From Amoebidium appalachense (lineage: Eukaryota; Protista; Ichthyosporea), in the NCBI GenBank assembly GCA_963693365.1, contig CAVNZM010000014.1:5084001-5148000 (forward strand): DNA of 64,000 bases, given 5' to 3'. The notes beneath the pieces were generated by a model, which saw nothing but the letters and a program-made list of their open reading frames with translations, made no database searches and was not told the DNA's origin. Shown here in pieces: positions 39,461 through 52,558 of the stretch (position 1 is its first letter; each line of letters opens with the position of its first letter). The position numbers and the translations under genes were made by a program.

Positions 39461-40070
39461 CTAACACAACAAACAAACCAAATGCTGAAAAAACCCCACG
39501 AGATTACAAAGCGCACACATCCACAGACAGTGCACACACACAAACCCACAGGCTTGCTCATGCACATCACCCATACAGTCTCGGCAAAATGACATTCGTT
39601 TTTACAGCAATCAGCAAACTATTTAGAAAATTTTCTTCGCAATCCGGCAGGTGCAGACGATGCATTCACCAGATCAATTTGCACGGTTTGCTTTTCCGTA
39701 GCAGGCACAAGATCGACAGGTATACAGATACATCGGCATTTTATTTTCTTATCACCACTCAGTGATTTATAATCACACAGTGATTTGTTTAGTAAATCTA
39801 TAACATAATATCATATTAGATGTCGGTCATGGCTAGCGATATCAAACACCATCTGCCTATATTGGGTGCTCGATCAAGCAACTCATACTGAGCTCTAATA
39901 GAAAGACTGCCTCTTAGCTCAACACTAATCAAAACCATTTTGGTAACCCATCTTAATCGAAGCTTGTGCATCTCCCTCCGTCAAAACTAATGCCCAGGGG
40001 TCCTTGCTCATTGCAATCTCAGCTAAATAAGTACCCAGCATTTATCTCGTCCATTTCAATCTCAGCCCAA

Positions 40071-41442
40071 TTAAGCACTGCACTTCCACTGGCACATAGC
40101 GCTGTATCGCGAATCACAACCGGTTGCCTGGCACCACGAATCAGGAATGTTAGCCACAACACTCCCACACATCTTGCTTGGGTCCTTCTTCCCGCTTGCA
40201 TTTAGCTCACACACGCTATCAAGTGTAGCCTTAGAGCACTTGTTATCGCGGCACCACTTATCCGGGATTGAAATGGGCGCAAGGGAGCGGCAGGCGGTGG
40301 CTGTGTCGAATGAACGTTGGACCTTTGGGAAAAATGCCGTGTTGTCCTCCCAGTAGTTGTTTGTGCACTCGGCGGCACTTTGGAGCAGACTGCGAACCTG
40401 TGGGTGGAATAATGATGTGTGGGTGGGTGGCTGGGGGAAGGGGGGAGGTGGGGGAGGGGAAGGGGGGAGGGGGAAAGGGGAGAAGGAGTGGTGGCTGTAC
40501 ATGTGGTGGTGTTTGGGGTTGGGATGGAGGGGGGGGGAGGGATGGGAAGGAGGGCGGGATGGGCGGATGGGGGGGGGGGGGGGGGGGGGGAGGGGGGGGG
40601 CACTGTATCGAACATTGGCAAGGGACAGGTGCCTTTTAGTTTTTGCTTTTTTTTTTTTTTTTTTTTGGTGATGGTGGTGGGGGAGGTGGGAAAGCCGAGA
40701 AGGGGGGCCGGGGGAGGAGGAGGAGGATAGGGGCAGGGGGGGGGGGGGGGGGGGGGGGGGGGGAGGGGAGGGGGGGGGGGGTGGGAGGGGGGATGGGTTG
40801 GAAGGATGAGATGAGGGGTTGTTGGGGAAAGCAAGTTTGAGGAGGTGGACGGGAGGGGGGAGTGGGGTGGGGAGGGGGGGGGGGGGGGGGGGGGAGAGGG
40901 TTGTCAAAGTCTATAATGTACTGTGTGCACAAGCCTGTGGTCCGGGAGCGGAAGAAGGTGTCTGTGCATGCTGACTCGTTGTGCAAATTGCAGTAGAATT
41001 GGGAACCTTATATGGTATACACCTGCGGGTTACGGTATCGGTAATTGAGGTACCGGAATGTTGAGCTTGGGGACCCATCTAAGTGCTACATGTGCATGTG
41101 TGTGTGTGTGTGCGGGTCCGTGTGCAAACCCTTCATATCTAGATATATTTAGGTGTGTATTGATGAATGCAAAGAACCACACACTGGTTTGTGGGGGACC
41201 CATCTAAGTGTTACATCTGCATTTTTGTACAAATTGTGCGCAGCTGTGTTTGTCCGTGTGCAAAGCTTCACATCATACCTATATATTGTATTGAGGTGTG
41301 TATATATGTATGCAGAGAACCACAGGTGTTTGCACGTGTTACAACTCGACAACTCGAAGAATTCTTACCTGCACTGTATTGAGGTCTGGGTAGGCCCAGA
41401 GGGTGCCAGCAATCAGACCTGTTGTGAAGGCAGTAGACCTGT

Positions 41443-41475
<33 letters not shown>

Positions 41476-41726
41476 GGATGGGGGGGTTGGGGGGGGGGGG
41501 GGGGGGGGGGGGGGAGGAGAGGGGGGTTCCGTGTGTGGGTAGATGGGTGGGGAGAGGAAGTGCGGGGGGAGGGCGAAAGGGTGGGTGGGGGTGGGGGTGG
41601 GGGGAGAGGAGGGGACGGGGGGGATGGGGGGAGGGGGGAGGGGGTGATGGGAAAAAGGTGGATGATATCAGTTGACACCCCTGTTGTTTGACGAATATCA
41701 CCCTAAAGGCATGTCCTCGGTTTTCT

Positions 41727-41782
<56 letters not shown>

Positions 41783-41989
41783 AGCTCGAGGGGGGGGGGG
41801 GGGGGGGGGGGGGGGGGAGGGGGGGGAAGTGAAGCATGAGACGTGTCCCGTTCATTAGCCGTTGAATCACATTTAATCCACTCAAGAACCCTTAACATGG
41901 ATAATAACAATAAAAATGTAGGATATACATATATATCGTAAATGTCGGATACTTACGCGGGGGGACCATGAAGGTAGCTGCTGCCGGTC
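40071..41989 (-). CDS. 3' exons of a gene (possibly truncated or pseudogenised) ending in two Cys-rich IPDxWC repeats
   Basis: Phase-consistent exons 41989-41957 (TGSSYLHGPP), 41438-41369 (STAFTTGLIAGTLWAYPDLNTVQ) and 40397-40071 (VRSLLQSAA...CRSLAPISIPDKWCRDNKC...CGSVVANIPDSWCQATGCDSRYSAMCQWKCSA*). No clean 5' exons found before the neighbouring gene at 43200. Confidence 0.55.
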
Positions 41990-42056
41990 CTGATCCCCCC
42001 CCCCCCCCCTCCTCCCCCCCTCCCCCCCCCCCCACCAAAAAAAAAAAAAAATGAGA

Positions 42057-42122
<66 letters not shown>

Positions 42123-42743
42123 CCCGGCACAGGTTAGTTGTTGTTGCGTGCCTGAGTCCACCCACCCGCTCCTCCCCTAAAGCAACACACGTCTCCCTCA
42201 TATGATCGGCACCTGCTACCCTCCTCCCCACCCCCTCACACATCCTATCACCTCCACCACCACCACATGCATACACACATAGGCACAAATCTTTGCTGTC
42301 AGGCCTTGTCCCCCCCCTCCCCCCCCCCCCCCCCTCCCCCCTTCCCCCTCCCCCCCCCCACCTCCCCCACCCACACACACACACACCCTTCGCCCCTCGA
42401 ATCTTCCCCAGCCACCACAGTCGAAAGCCCTCCAATCAACTCATTTGAAATCCCTGAAATAATATATTTAGGGATCTCTTTTTCGCCATATTATCAATAC
42501 TGCATGTTCTCTAAAAAATTCCTGATGTGCCATTCAACAAAATATATAATCCCACAATATATGTATCCTAGGACCTGGTGTCATCCAATAATGTTCCATA
42601 TTATTTCCCTTACGTGCCCTCTATTGAGGTGCAAGTGCCAAGCTATGTTTGCCAAGTTGAACCAAAACAACCCAGCTATACTCAGAGAAAGAGCACCTGG
42701 CACACTCTCAGTTTCACGGGCACAAGTAAACCCCCCCCCCCCC

Positions 42744-42774
<31 letters not shown>

Positions 42775-42999
42775 ACTACCCCCCCCCCCCCCCCCCCCCA
42801 AACAACAAAAAAAAAGTCCCATGCCTACCCTTGCACAAATTCATTTTGCTGGGTTAAAGACGGAGAAGCATCAAAGATTATCCAAGCCCATACACACTAA
42901 GGCCTTAAATAGTGGTGAAATGGTGTGTGCGCATCTACGAGCGGTTGGGGTTTCACCACTACAAGTCTTTAAACAGCACGGCAAATAGTCTAGCTTTCC

Positions 43000-43068
<69 letters not shown>

Positions 43069-43199
43069 GGTTGGGTTCTGAAAACACCTACACATGCTGT
43101 ACATACTCTTCTTTCCCAATACCATACTTATATTCTTACATATTGTTTCTTATACAAAACTTATAAACCACATATGCCAAACTGAGTTCCCATACGCGC

Positions 43200-44995
43200 T
43201 CACATAGTCTCAACATCCCACCGTAGACTCAGGTTGGTGAGCCCAGTGCACGTGCTCAAAGCAGACACATCCTTCACTCCGCTGCAAACAAGATTCAATG
43301 ATCGCAATTTCACGCATGAACTCAGCGCGTTTATGTCGCGCACATAGCGACATTCATCGATATCCACGCTCGTTAGCTCTCGGCACCGCCCCAAAGAGGA
43401 AACGTCACGAATTCCACGGCACCGAATTACCGAAACCGCCCGCAAATTCGGACAGAGCGAGAGAGGGTCCAACGACGTAACGCACGCGCAGTTGCGAATT
43501 TCGATGTTTTGCAAATTCACGCAATGGGTCAGGGGTGTTAGATCGTCGATCTCGTGCATGTAGATTAGCTCGATCGCGTTCAATCGCACGCACGATGACA
43601 ACGGGTCGAGGCTCCGAACCAGCGAGTTATCTTTAAACTGTAGAATTTTCAAATTAGTGCACGCGGCGATGGCGGAAATGTCTCGAATGTTCCGGCACTC
43701 CCTTAAACTTAACAGGCGTAGCTGATTGGCCGCAGCGGACATGAGGGCGGATATATCGTCCAATGGACGGCAGTCTTCGAGGTTGAGTGACGTCATTGAC
43801 GACCAATTGCGAATGCCCTCAAGGGTGTAGAAGCGGGAGCCTGTGTGTGTGTGTGTGTGTGGGTGGGGTGGGGGGGGGGGGGGGGAGAAGGAAGAGGGGG
43901 AGGGGGCGACGGGTGGACGGCGAGGGGCAGGAAGGGGGGAGGGGGAGGGAGGGGATAAGATATCTGGGAAGTAAAGATTGTGTGCGGATTCTGTGTGCGG
44001 CGAGGAGTGGTGTGTGTGTGTGTTGGGGGGGGGGGGGGGGAGGGGGGGGGGAGGGGGGGGGGGGTGGCCAAAAGGGGGTCGGTTTGTTTGTGTGTTGTGC
44101 TTGTTCATACATAGGCTTGGTGTTAGAAAGGGAAGAGTGGAAGGCAAAGGCATTTGTGCACATTGAATATGTGAGAGTGTAAGTGTGAGTGAGTGACGCG
44201 TGCGTGTGTATGTGTTTGTGTGTGTGTGTGTGTGTATGCATGTATAAGGGGGGGAAGCAGGAGAGAAATATGGGCCGCTAGGGTGCTCATGCGGGTACAT
44301 TGGCATGTGGGTGCAAGGATGAAGGAAGCAGTGTGTGTGTGTTGGGGTGGCGGTGGCGGCGGCGGCGGCAGGGGGGGGAGAGGGGGGAAGGGGGGGGGAG
44401 GGGGGGTTTGAATGGGGGGGAGGGGGGGGGGAGGGGGGAGTAGGGATGGCTAAGGTGCCCACATATGGATTTTTGGGTTCCTGAGGTGAACAAAATCGGC
44501 AGGCAAGGGGAAGGGCGGGATGGGCGGGGGTGGGGGGGAGGGGTTTGAGGGTGGGGGGGGGGGGGGGGGGGGGGGGGGGAAGGGGGGGGGGGGGAGGTGA
44601 AATAATGCCATAGTAATGTGTATAAGAGAGTGGTATCAAGGCAGACATTGGTTGAAAATTCGGTGTCTATAATCTTTTTTCTTTTAAACCATGTTTATTC
44701 CGACAGCATCTTTGTTCTCTGTAACGTAAAATCTTATTCCCCCTTCCCCCCTCTCTTTCTCCCCCCCCCCCAAACCCCCACCCCCTTCCCCCTCCTCTGC
44801 ACTCCTTCCCTCCCCAAAAGGGCGCATGTATGCCCAACCCTCCTTTTTAACAGCATCATCCTTGCTTTAAAATCCAAAAAAAAAAAGGTAGATAAACAAT
44901 CATTCCCGAACATTATATCAGGATTCCGAAGAAGAAAAGGGAGGAACAGGGAAGGAGCCAGTGCTGTGTGTGCGTGCCTTGTGGGCGGGGCGGGG

Positions 44996-45032
<37 letters not shown>

Positions 45033-45843
45033 GAATGATAAACGTACCGGGCAAATCCACCTCTTCCAGGCCTTTACAGGCACACAACTGCGCCAAATCC
45101 GTCACAAGCGGACACTTGCCCACTCTCACCTTACGTAAGGCAGGGAGCCCTGCCAAAGTACCCACATCCTCCAAATTGGCACATCCCTCAACCTCGACAA
45201 CTTCGAGCTTTTGGCATGGCAAAAGTGGGTACAGATCGGTCATCTCACGTATACCAACGAGGGATACATGAACGAGGTTTGCGCAATGTTCCATTCCGTA
45301 GATGTGAGGGGAATTGGCAATGGTGAATGAGACGAAACGTGATCCAAAAAAGGCGAAAAGATCTTCGAGGCTTTCCTCAAAACCGTCGATTAATACCACT
45401 TTTGCTCTCTTCAGATGTAGGGTGATCAATTTAGCGACATTGTGCGTTTCCGAACCAACATGCACAGGTGAAGGCTGTGCATATGCATTTGTGGCATAGT
45501 TAGGTGGACTGATTACAGGTGGGTGTGTAAGTCTTATAGACACGTTTGTAGCTACACGGCCCCATGCGGCAGCCCACTCATCGAACTGTGTGTAGATGTT
45601 TTCATGTTGCGGGAAGTTGGTGCATGCTTGGAGTGAAACAGTTGTGCGTGGTGAATTAGTTGCTTTAATGCTGTTAGGGAGGTTGTTTCCAAGAAGAAGC
45701 GTGCCTGGAATAGGGGAGAAGTTTCTGGAAACATAGCACCATCTACGAGATACGAGAGAGCATTCAGACCGTGTTTTGTAGTCGGCAACGAAGGAGAATA
45801 CGTGGCCTAGAAGGTCGTCTGGTAGAAGCTCTGTGTAATCCAT
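43200..45843 (-). CDS. F-box / leucine-rich-repeat protein
   Basis: Exon 45843-45048 has the F-box LLPDDLLGHVFSFV...CSLVSRRW plus LRRs. A phase-1 intron joins exon 43840-43200, which has ~8 Cys-containing LRRs (LxxLxxCxxLxxLxL). Last codons could alternatively splice at AT|GTGAGC. Confidence 0.88.
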
Positions 45844-47002
45844 CTTTGCTCATGGATCAGTGAACGCGGTGGACGTTACGCTTTTGGGTTATCTAAAGAG
45901 CAGAAAACAGTGTTGGGTTAAGAAATAGTAGGCGCTAACAGAAAACGTGGGAACTAAAGCTTAAGGAGCATGGATATTCCTGCAGGCAAACCCTACACAA
46001 GGGGTTCTCGCACAAGTTCGGGAGGGAATGTTTGGCGTGATTGCGCAAGCATGTTACAGGTAAACACAACGTGCACGACCATGCGAATCTCTCGTTCGCT
46101 AGGCATAAGTATAAATTAGTATTGTTTACGTTCGTGTGTTTGTGTGTGCGTGCGTGTAGTGTGTGTGCAGGTGCGTGGGCCGCTGTGTGTATCATCGGCG
46201 TTGATGTGCGGAAGTGTGTGTGTCAGTGCGTGTGTGGGGCCGTGAATGGGTGTGCGTGTGTGTCTGTTAAATAGGTTCGCACGTGCGCTGCCCTGTAAGG
46301 CCTTAAAGGTGCATAGCTACTGCGTCTCTGTCTTCGCGTCTCTGCAGCTGAAAATTTCAAAACTTTTGGGGCGCCGCCGTTTTGAAGAAGGCAGTGAACT
46401 GAGCCATCACCAAAGCGGTCAAAAGCAGAAAAGCAGTAGATCGCTGATTGGTGTGATGGCTGCGATAAGTAGACCTGAGCTTATAGTGAGCTGGGTCATG
46501 CACAGTTTGGATTAGCTACATATCACACTAAAGTTTTACTATTACTTGACTCTCACTTGTGAACCGGCCCTCTTTTTGTTGTCTCGTTTTTGAGAAAGTT
46601 CCCTCCCTCTCTGGTTTACCTTTTCTTTGCAAAACGGCACGCAGGTGCACATACTGAGATTTTCCCGTGCACTTTTCGCTTTCCCTTGTCGAGTTGTCTT
46701 TTTCCACGCCTCTTTACAAGATTTGAGCGCCTGCTCTGCTTTCCAAACCCACCTACACGCGCTCATGCACGGATGACCTCAGGAAGCCTCTCCTTTTCAT
46801 CACGCTCCACGCATGTAGTATTGACATCAGTGCCAAGTCACCATGCTTTCAACATAGATGCTAAGCTCACACGTGCACGAAGGAAAAGAATAATACCTAC
46901 GTTTATGACATTCCCTTTCTGCAGCGCCGGACGCTGGATTTTTTGATCCTTGTGTTCGTTGTCCTGCTTCGTCTACAAAAGTCGGCACCGAAGGAAAGAA
47001 CC

Positions 47003-49626
47003 ATGTCACCTCAACAGAAAGATGCCGCTTTGAATGGATTCAATAACATGACTAGCCCACGCCTAGTGGTCTTTGGCAACCCCATTTGTGACTACATAGT
47101 ACCCACAACACTGGAATTTCTAATAGAAAACGGTCTCCGCGTGAACGTGGAAGGCCATCATCCCCAGTTCTCCGACGAGAAGAAAAAATCACTACTCTCA
47201 CATGCACAGAGTAGAAATGACGTGGTGGTGGTTCCGGGGGGTGCGGCGGTAAATACTGCACGGGTGGCTGCGTGGTTGCTGGGCGGCAACGGTGTGGTTG
47301 GATGCATCGGGGGCATTGGTGGTGATGTTAAGGGTAAAATGATAATTCGGGCGTGTGAGGAGGCAGGATGTGTGCCGTGTTTTTCGGAAATCGAAAACGA
47401 GTGTACCGGAAGTTGTGCAGGTTTCGTACTTCCCGGCGGTGACAGGACTCTAGTGGCTGCACCGGGGGCGTTTAAGAAGTACTCGGTTCACCACATCGAA
47501 AAGTCGAATGAAAACACCGGGATATTGGAACATGCAGATCTTTTTTACACTACGGCGTTCACATTTACAAACGAAAATCGGCATGAAGTGAACAAGTATG
47601 TCATGGAATACCTCATTACTAAGCGGGCTAACCAAGCACGTAAATTTCTTCGACATCCCGAAAACGAGCTTGCCAAAGGCCCAGGGATTTGTGTATTGAA
47701 TCTGAGCTCAATCACACTCGCAGACAAACAAGATGTGCTTGAAAGGTTCGTGTCGCTGATAGGGGGGTTCGATGTTTTGTTTGGGAATGAGGAGGAGGTA
47801 TTAGCATATGCCGAGTCCCTTGCCCCTGTTCTGCAGGAGGCGGCAAGAAACGAAACAGGTGATTAAACCTCCTTCTCTCTTTACCCATCTTTGTTTTCCA
47901 CTGTTGTATGGACTCACCCATGACCTATGGCTCTTTCCCTTTAGCCTGACAGCATCCCGCCCTTCCCTCCCCCCGGCCACTCTCCACCCGTCCCTCCCTT
48001 CCCCCTCCCCTCCCCTCCCCCCCCCCTCCCCCCAAACACACACACACACATACACGCTTTCCTTCCATACAAACAAATCCCCTCTATCTTCGCCTTTCTC
48101 CCCCCTACCCCCTTTCCCACCGTCCCTCCCTCCCTCTCCCCGAGGCACCCCTCTCCCCCCCTCAACTTTTTTGCCCCTTCTTCTTGACTCTCCTTCCCTC
48201 CCTCCCTCCCTCCCTCCCTCCCTCCTTCCCTCCCTCCCTCCCTCCTTCCCTCCCTCCCTCCCTCCCTCCCCCCATCCCCCCCCTCCCTCTCTCCCTCTCT
48301 TGCTCCCTCCCTCCCTTTCTCCCTCCCTCCCTCCCTCCCTCCCTCCCTCCCTCCCTCCCTCCCCCAACCCCCCCTCCCTCCCTCCCTCCCTCTCTCGCTC
48401 CCTTCCTCTCTCCCTCCCTCCCTCCCTCTCTCGCTCCCTCCCTCTTACCATCCCTCCCTCCCTCTCTCACTCCTTCCCTCCCTCTCTCGCTCCCTCCCTC
48501 CCTCTCTCCATCCCTCCCTCCCTCTGCCAACTCCCCTCCCCACGCTAAGGCTCTCTGTCTCTTTGTCTCAGTCCTCGTGTCTTTCTCTCTGCTAGTGCCC
48601 CCCCCCCCCCCCCCACCCCACCCCCTCCCCCCCCCCCTCCCCTCCCTCCCTCACCCCCCTCCCCCCTCGCCCCCTCCCCCCCTCCCCCCTCCCCTCCCCT
48701 CTACCCCCCTCCTTCCCGTCCCCTCCCCCCCCTTAAAAAAAAAAAAAAAAAAGGAAAAAAGAGAAAAAGAGTTTTTTGTTTCTGCTGTTCTTGCATTGAC
48801 TCACTTACCCCCCCCCCCACCCCCCCCCCCCCCCCCCCCTCCCCTCCCCCATTTCTTTTTTTTTCCCGTGCCCCCTCCCCCCCCCCCCCCCCCCCCCCCC
48901 GGGGGGACTTGCTGCTCCTCTCTTCTTGTGTTTCCATTATTCATATTTGAAGGTTAGTTACCGGGGGGAGGCGGGGGTTGGAAGGGTGGGGGGGGTGGGG
49001 GGTGGGAGGGGGGAAGGGGGAAGGGAGGGGGGGGGGGAGGAAGGGAAGAAGGGGGAAGGTGGGGGGGGGGGGGGGGGGGGGGGGGAGGGGGGCTGGAACA
49101 GGTTGAGGAGAGCGCAGTGAAGCAGTGTTGATAAAACATGGACGGTTGGATTGGGCCGTGGGTGGGGAGAGAAGGGAGATGGCATATATATATATATATA
49201 TAGAAAGGGGAGGGAGAGGGGTAGTGGAGCGATCAAGTTTTACCCTCCTTGTAGAGCGATTGTAATTTGGAGGCAACATTGGTGTATTGTGGCTGTATCT
49301 GGGATCCACCCCTCCCCCCTCCCCCCCCTCCCCTCCTTCCCTCCCCCTAAACACACACACACCACCACCAAAACTATTGCTACCACCACCGCCACCACCA
49401 CCACAAGCACTACACACACAACTTACCCCCCCCCCCCCCCCCCCCCTCCCTGCCCGGAGCCTTTCCTCATTCCCCCCCCCCCCCCCCCCCCCCCCCCCTT
49501 GCCCCCCTCCTTTCCCCCCCCCCCCGTTCCCTCGCCTGCACATGCAGGAAACCGGTGCACACACACACACACACACACACACATTTTCGTAAACGATGGG
49601 TAACACATGCTTATTGCTGACTTCCC

Positions 49627-49668
<42 letters not shown>

Positions 49669-49732
49669 AATAATAAAAAAAAACTGCACTTTTTGCTCTC
49701 CGTGTGAATGTGTACTTTGCACTAATACATTA

Positions 49733-49774
<42 letters not shown>

Positions 49775-50475
49775 ACACACACACACAAGTACACAAGTAT
49801 GCTCACCCGCCTAAAAATAGTGTGGTCCCTCCCCCTTCCCCCCCCCCCCCTCCCCCCTTGCCTACTTGCCTACCACCCCTACCCGGTAATCAAATAAACT
49901 GATAATATTAGAAACTAACACACATGTTTGATACACACAGACACCCATCCCATGCTACCCTCATCGACCGAAACACTTGACGAAAGACAGAGAATTCTCG
50001 TTGAGACTTCCACCAGCCTCTCTTCACATATGAACACACATGGCCCCGGTTTGGTCGTCATCACCCGAGGTTCTGAGCCTGTACTTGTGGTGGACAGGAG
50101 GGGTGGGTGGTCCTTCCACCCCGTTCCACCTGTTTCCGCAGAGGAAATGGTAGACACTGTAGGTGCGGGAGATGCATTTGTAGGGGGGTTTTTGGCGCGG
50201 ATGTTAAGGTTGGTGACTATGAGAGGTAATAATGGGACGGGCGAGATGGAGGGTGGGAGGGGAGAGGGAGGGGGGCAGGACGGGAAAGTGGGCGGGGGTT
50301 GGAGTTTCGGGGAGGTGCGGGGGGTGGAGAGAGTGGTGGGGGTAGGTGTGGGTGGTTGTGTGCGGTCGGGGAGGATGTGAGGTTGTGTGTGCAGACTGGG
50401 CTGTATGCTGCGGGGATGGTGTTGAGGGCCGTGGGGTGTACGTTGCCAAAGAGTCCCCCTGATCTGGTTGTGTAG
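47003..50475 (+). CDS. ADK: Adenosine kinase-like PfkB/ribokinase-family kinase
   Basis: Exon 47003-47858 (FGNPICD, PGGAAVNTARVAAW, TGSCA, NLS, DVLFGNEEE); exon 49941-50208 (VVITRG, MVDTVGAGDAFVGGFLA, PfkB signature 2); probable exon 50346-50475 (EDVRLCVQTGLYAAGMVLRAVGCTLP*). Divergent paralog status possible. Confidence 0.85.
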
Positions 50476-50812
50476 TGTTTTTTAATGTGAAGTTTGGTTG
50501 CTAGAACTATTGGCTTTAGAGAATGTGTATTATGGATTTATTTTTAATTGTTGTGGGGGGGGGGGGGGGGGGGGGGGTTAACCTAACTTTCCCTGGTCTT
50601 TTACCATATGTGGATGCTTGAATTTACGTCATTACAGTATGCATATTCTGGTATTGCCAAATGCTGTTTTGGTGGAGGAGGGGGGAAAGGAAGGAAGGGG
50701 GGAGTCCTAACTTTTTCCCTTTTTTTATCATGTGCGGATGCTAGAATGTGCATCTTTTCAGTACTCTATTATAGTTCTGTCGAATGTAATTGATAAAGGG
50801 GGATAAAGTGAA

Positions 50813-50843
<31 letters not shown>

Positions 50844-51773
50844 GGGGGAGGGGGGGAGGGGGGATTGTTGTTTCCTTGTCGCGTATTATGATATTGAGAT
50901 TGTGGCATGCTGCACACGGATATGTCTATGCTAAGTGTCCCCATGTGGTTTTGAGTATCCGTACCTTAAATTTTGATGATTAATCACCTTCAATTTGTAT
51001 GCAAGTATGAAATGTATTCTAGCAGACCTGAAAAACGATACACATATGCGTGTTGGGAGTTTTCGCACAAGCTGTCTAGTTTACTGATGTATATGTGCAT
51101 GTATGTGATGTGTAGCTTTTTTCAGCTTTTTTTTTTTGATCTCCCCAGCCAAATGGTGCTGTGCATTTCCCGATATTTTGGTTGCAAGCCTAAATGTGTA
51201 CATACGTACCTTATGGAACTGTTACATGTGCGTGACACTATTTTTTTGGATGTGTTGTGTATTGTCTTGGTATGCATGCTGTGCATATATTTGTTGCGGC
51301 TAAATACAGCTTTCAGTCAAACAAAAACAAAGTGAGCTTCGTCCAACGTCACATTGTTGACCCGGTACTTAATTAAAACAAAAAATGCGCCGAAATTTGC
51401 TGCATGTGTCCCCCCCCCCCCCCTGTCCTCCCTGCTGTTTCAGCCCCTCCCAGATCCGCAATGCCCTAACCGTTATGTTGTCCTCTGCCATACAGAAAGC
51501 CAGTGGTTGCAAATGCCGATAAATATTAGACATAAAAGCAAAATAATCGTTGAATTCAATCTCACTGTATGGATTACTGCGCAACTGGGTATTTTTCCCC
51601 CCATATGGCCGGCGATACATGCATACCCTTCTAGTCCTGGAAGTTAACGTTTTAGAGCAGTCAATGACATTGTATGCCCGAAAGCAAAAGCCGTATGTAT
51701 GGGAGACTTCCAGATGTATTACTATAGCATCATAGCTTTCCTCAGGGTAACAGCCTGGAGGAAGGGTAAGTGT

Positions 51774-51832
<59 letters not shown>

Positions 51833-52176
51833 GTCTGTGTACCAGTTTCGTCTCTCTCTCCCTCCCTCTCTCTCTCTCTCCCCCTCTCCCCCTCTCCCCC
51901 TCTCCCTCTCCCTCTCCCTCTCCCTCTCCCTCTCCCTCTCCCTCTCCCTCTCCCTCTCCCTCTCCCCCCCCCCCCCCCCCCCTCTCTCTCTAGGTCTCTC
52001 TCTCTCTCTCTCTCTCTCCTCCCCCCCCCCCCCCCCCCTCGCTCTCTCTCTCTCCCCCCCTCCCTCTATATCTCTCTCCCCCTCCCTCTCCCTTCTATTC
52101 CAGTCTCTCTATCGATCTCTTTCTTTCACTCTTTCTCTCCCCCTCTCTATCGACTTCTCTGTGTGTTTGTGTACGC

Positions 52177-52254
<78 letters not shown>

Positions 52255-52558
52255 GTGTACAATGTGTACACACACACGTGTGTGTGTATATGTGTGTGCA
52301 GAATCTGTGATTATGTTCACAACGATCACCGTCATGATCATGATGATAACCATTTTTGGGCTCTTGCAGCCTGGAATCCAAACTCTTTTTTCTTTTATTA
52401 AAACCGTTCAGCCTGCGGCAACTTTAAAAACGAAGTTAAAAAAATACAGATGGTATACTGTGTATACGCATTTAAGTAACACGACGGTTAGGTTGAGCTG
52501 TAATATTTAAATCGTTAAAGGAATGCAATGTAGCTCTAACCATTTGTTCCTACAGGGC

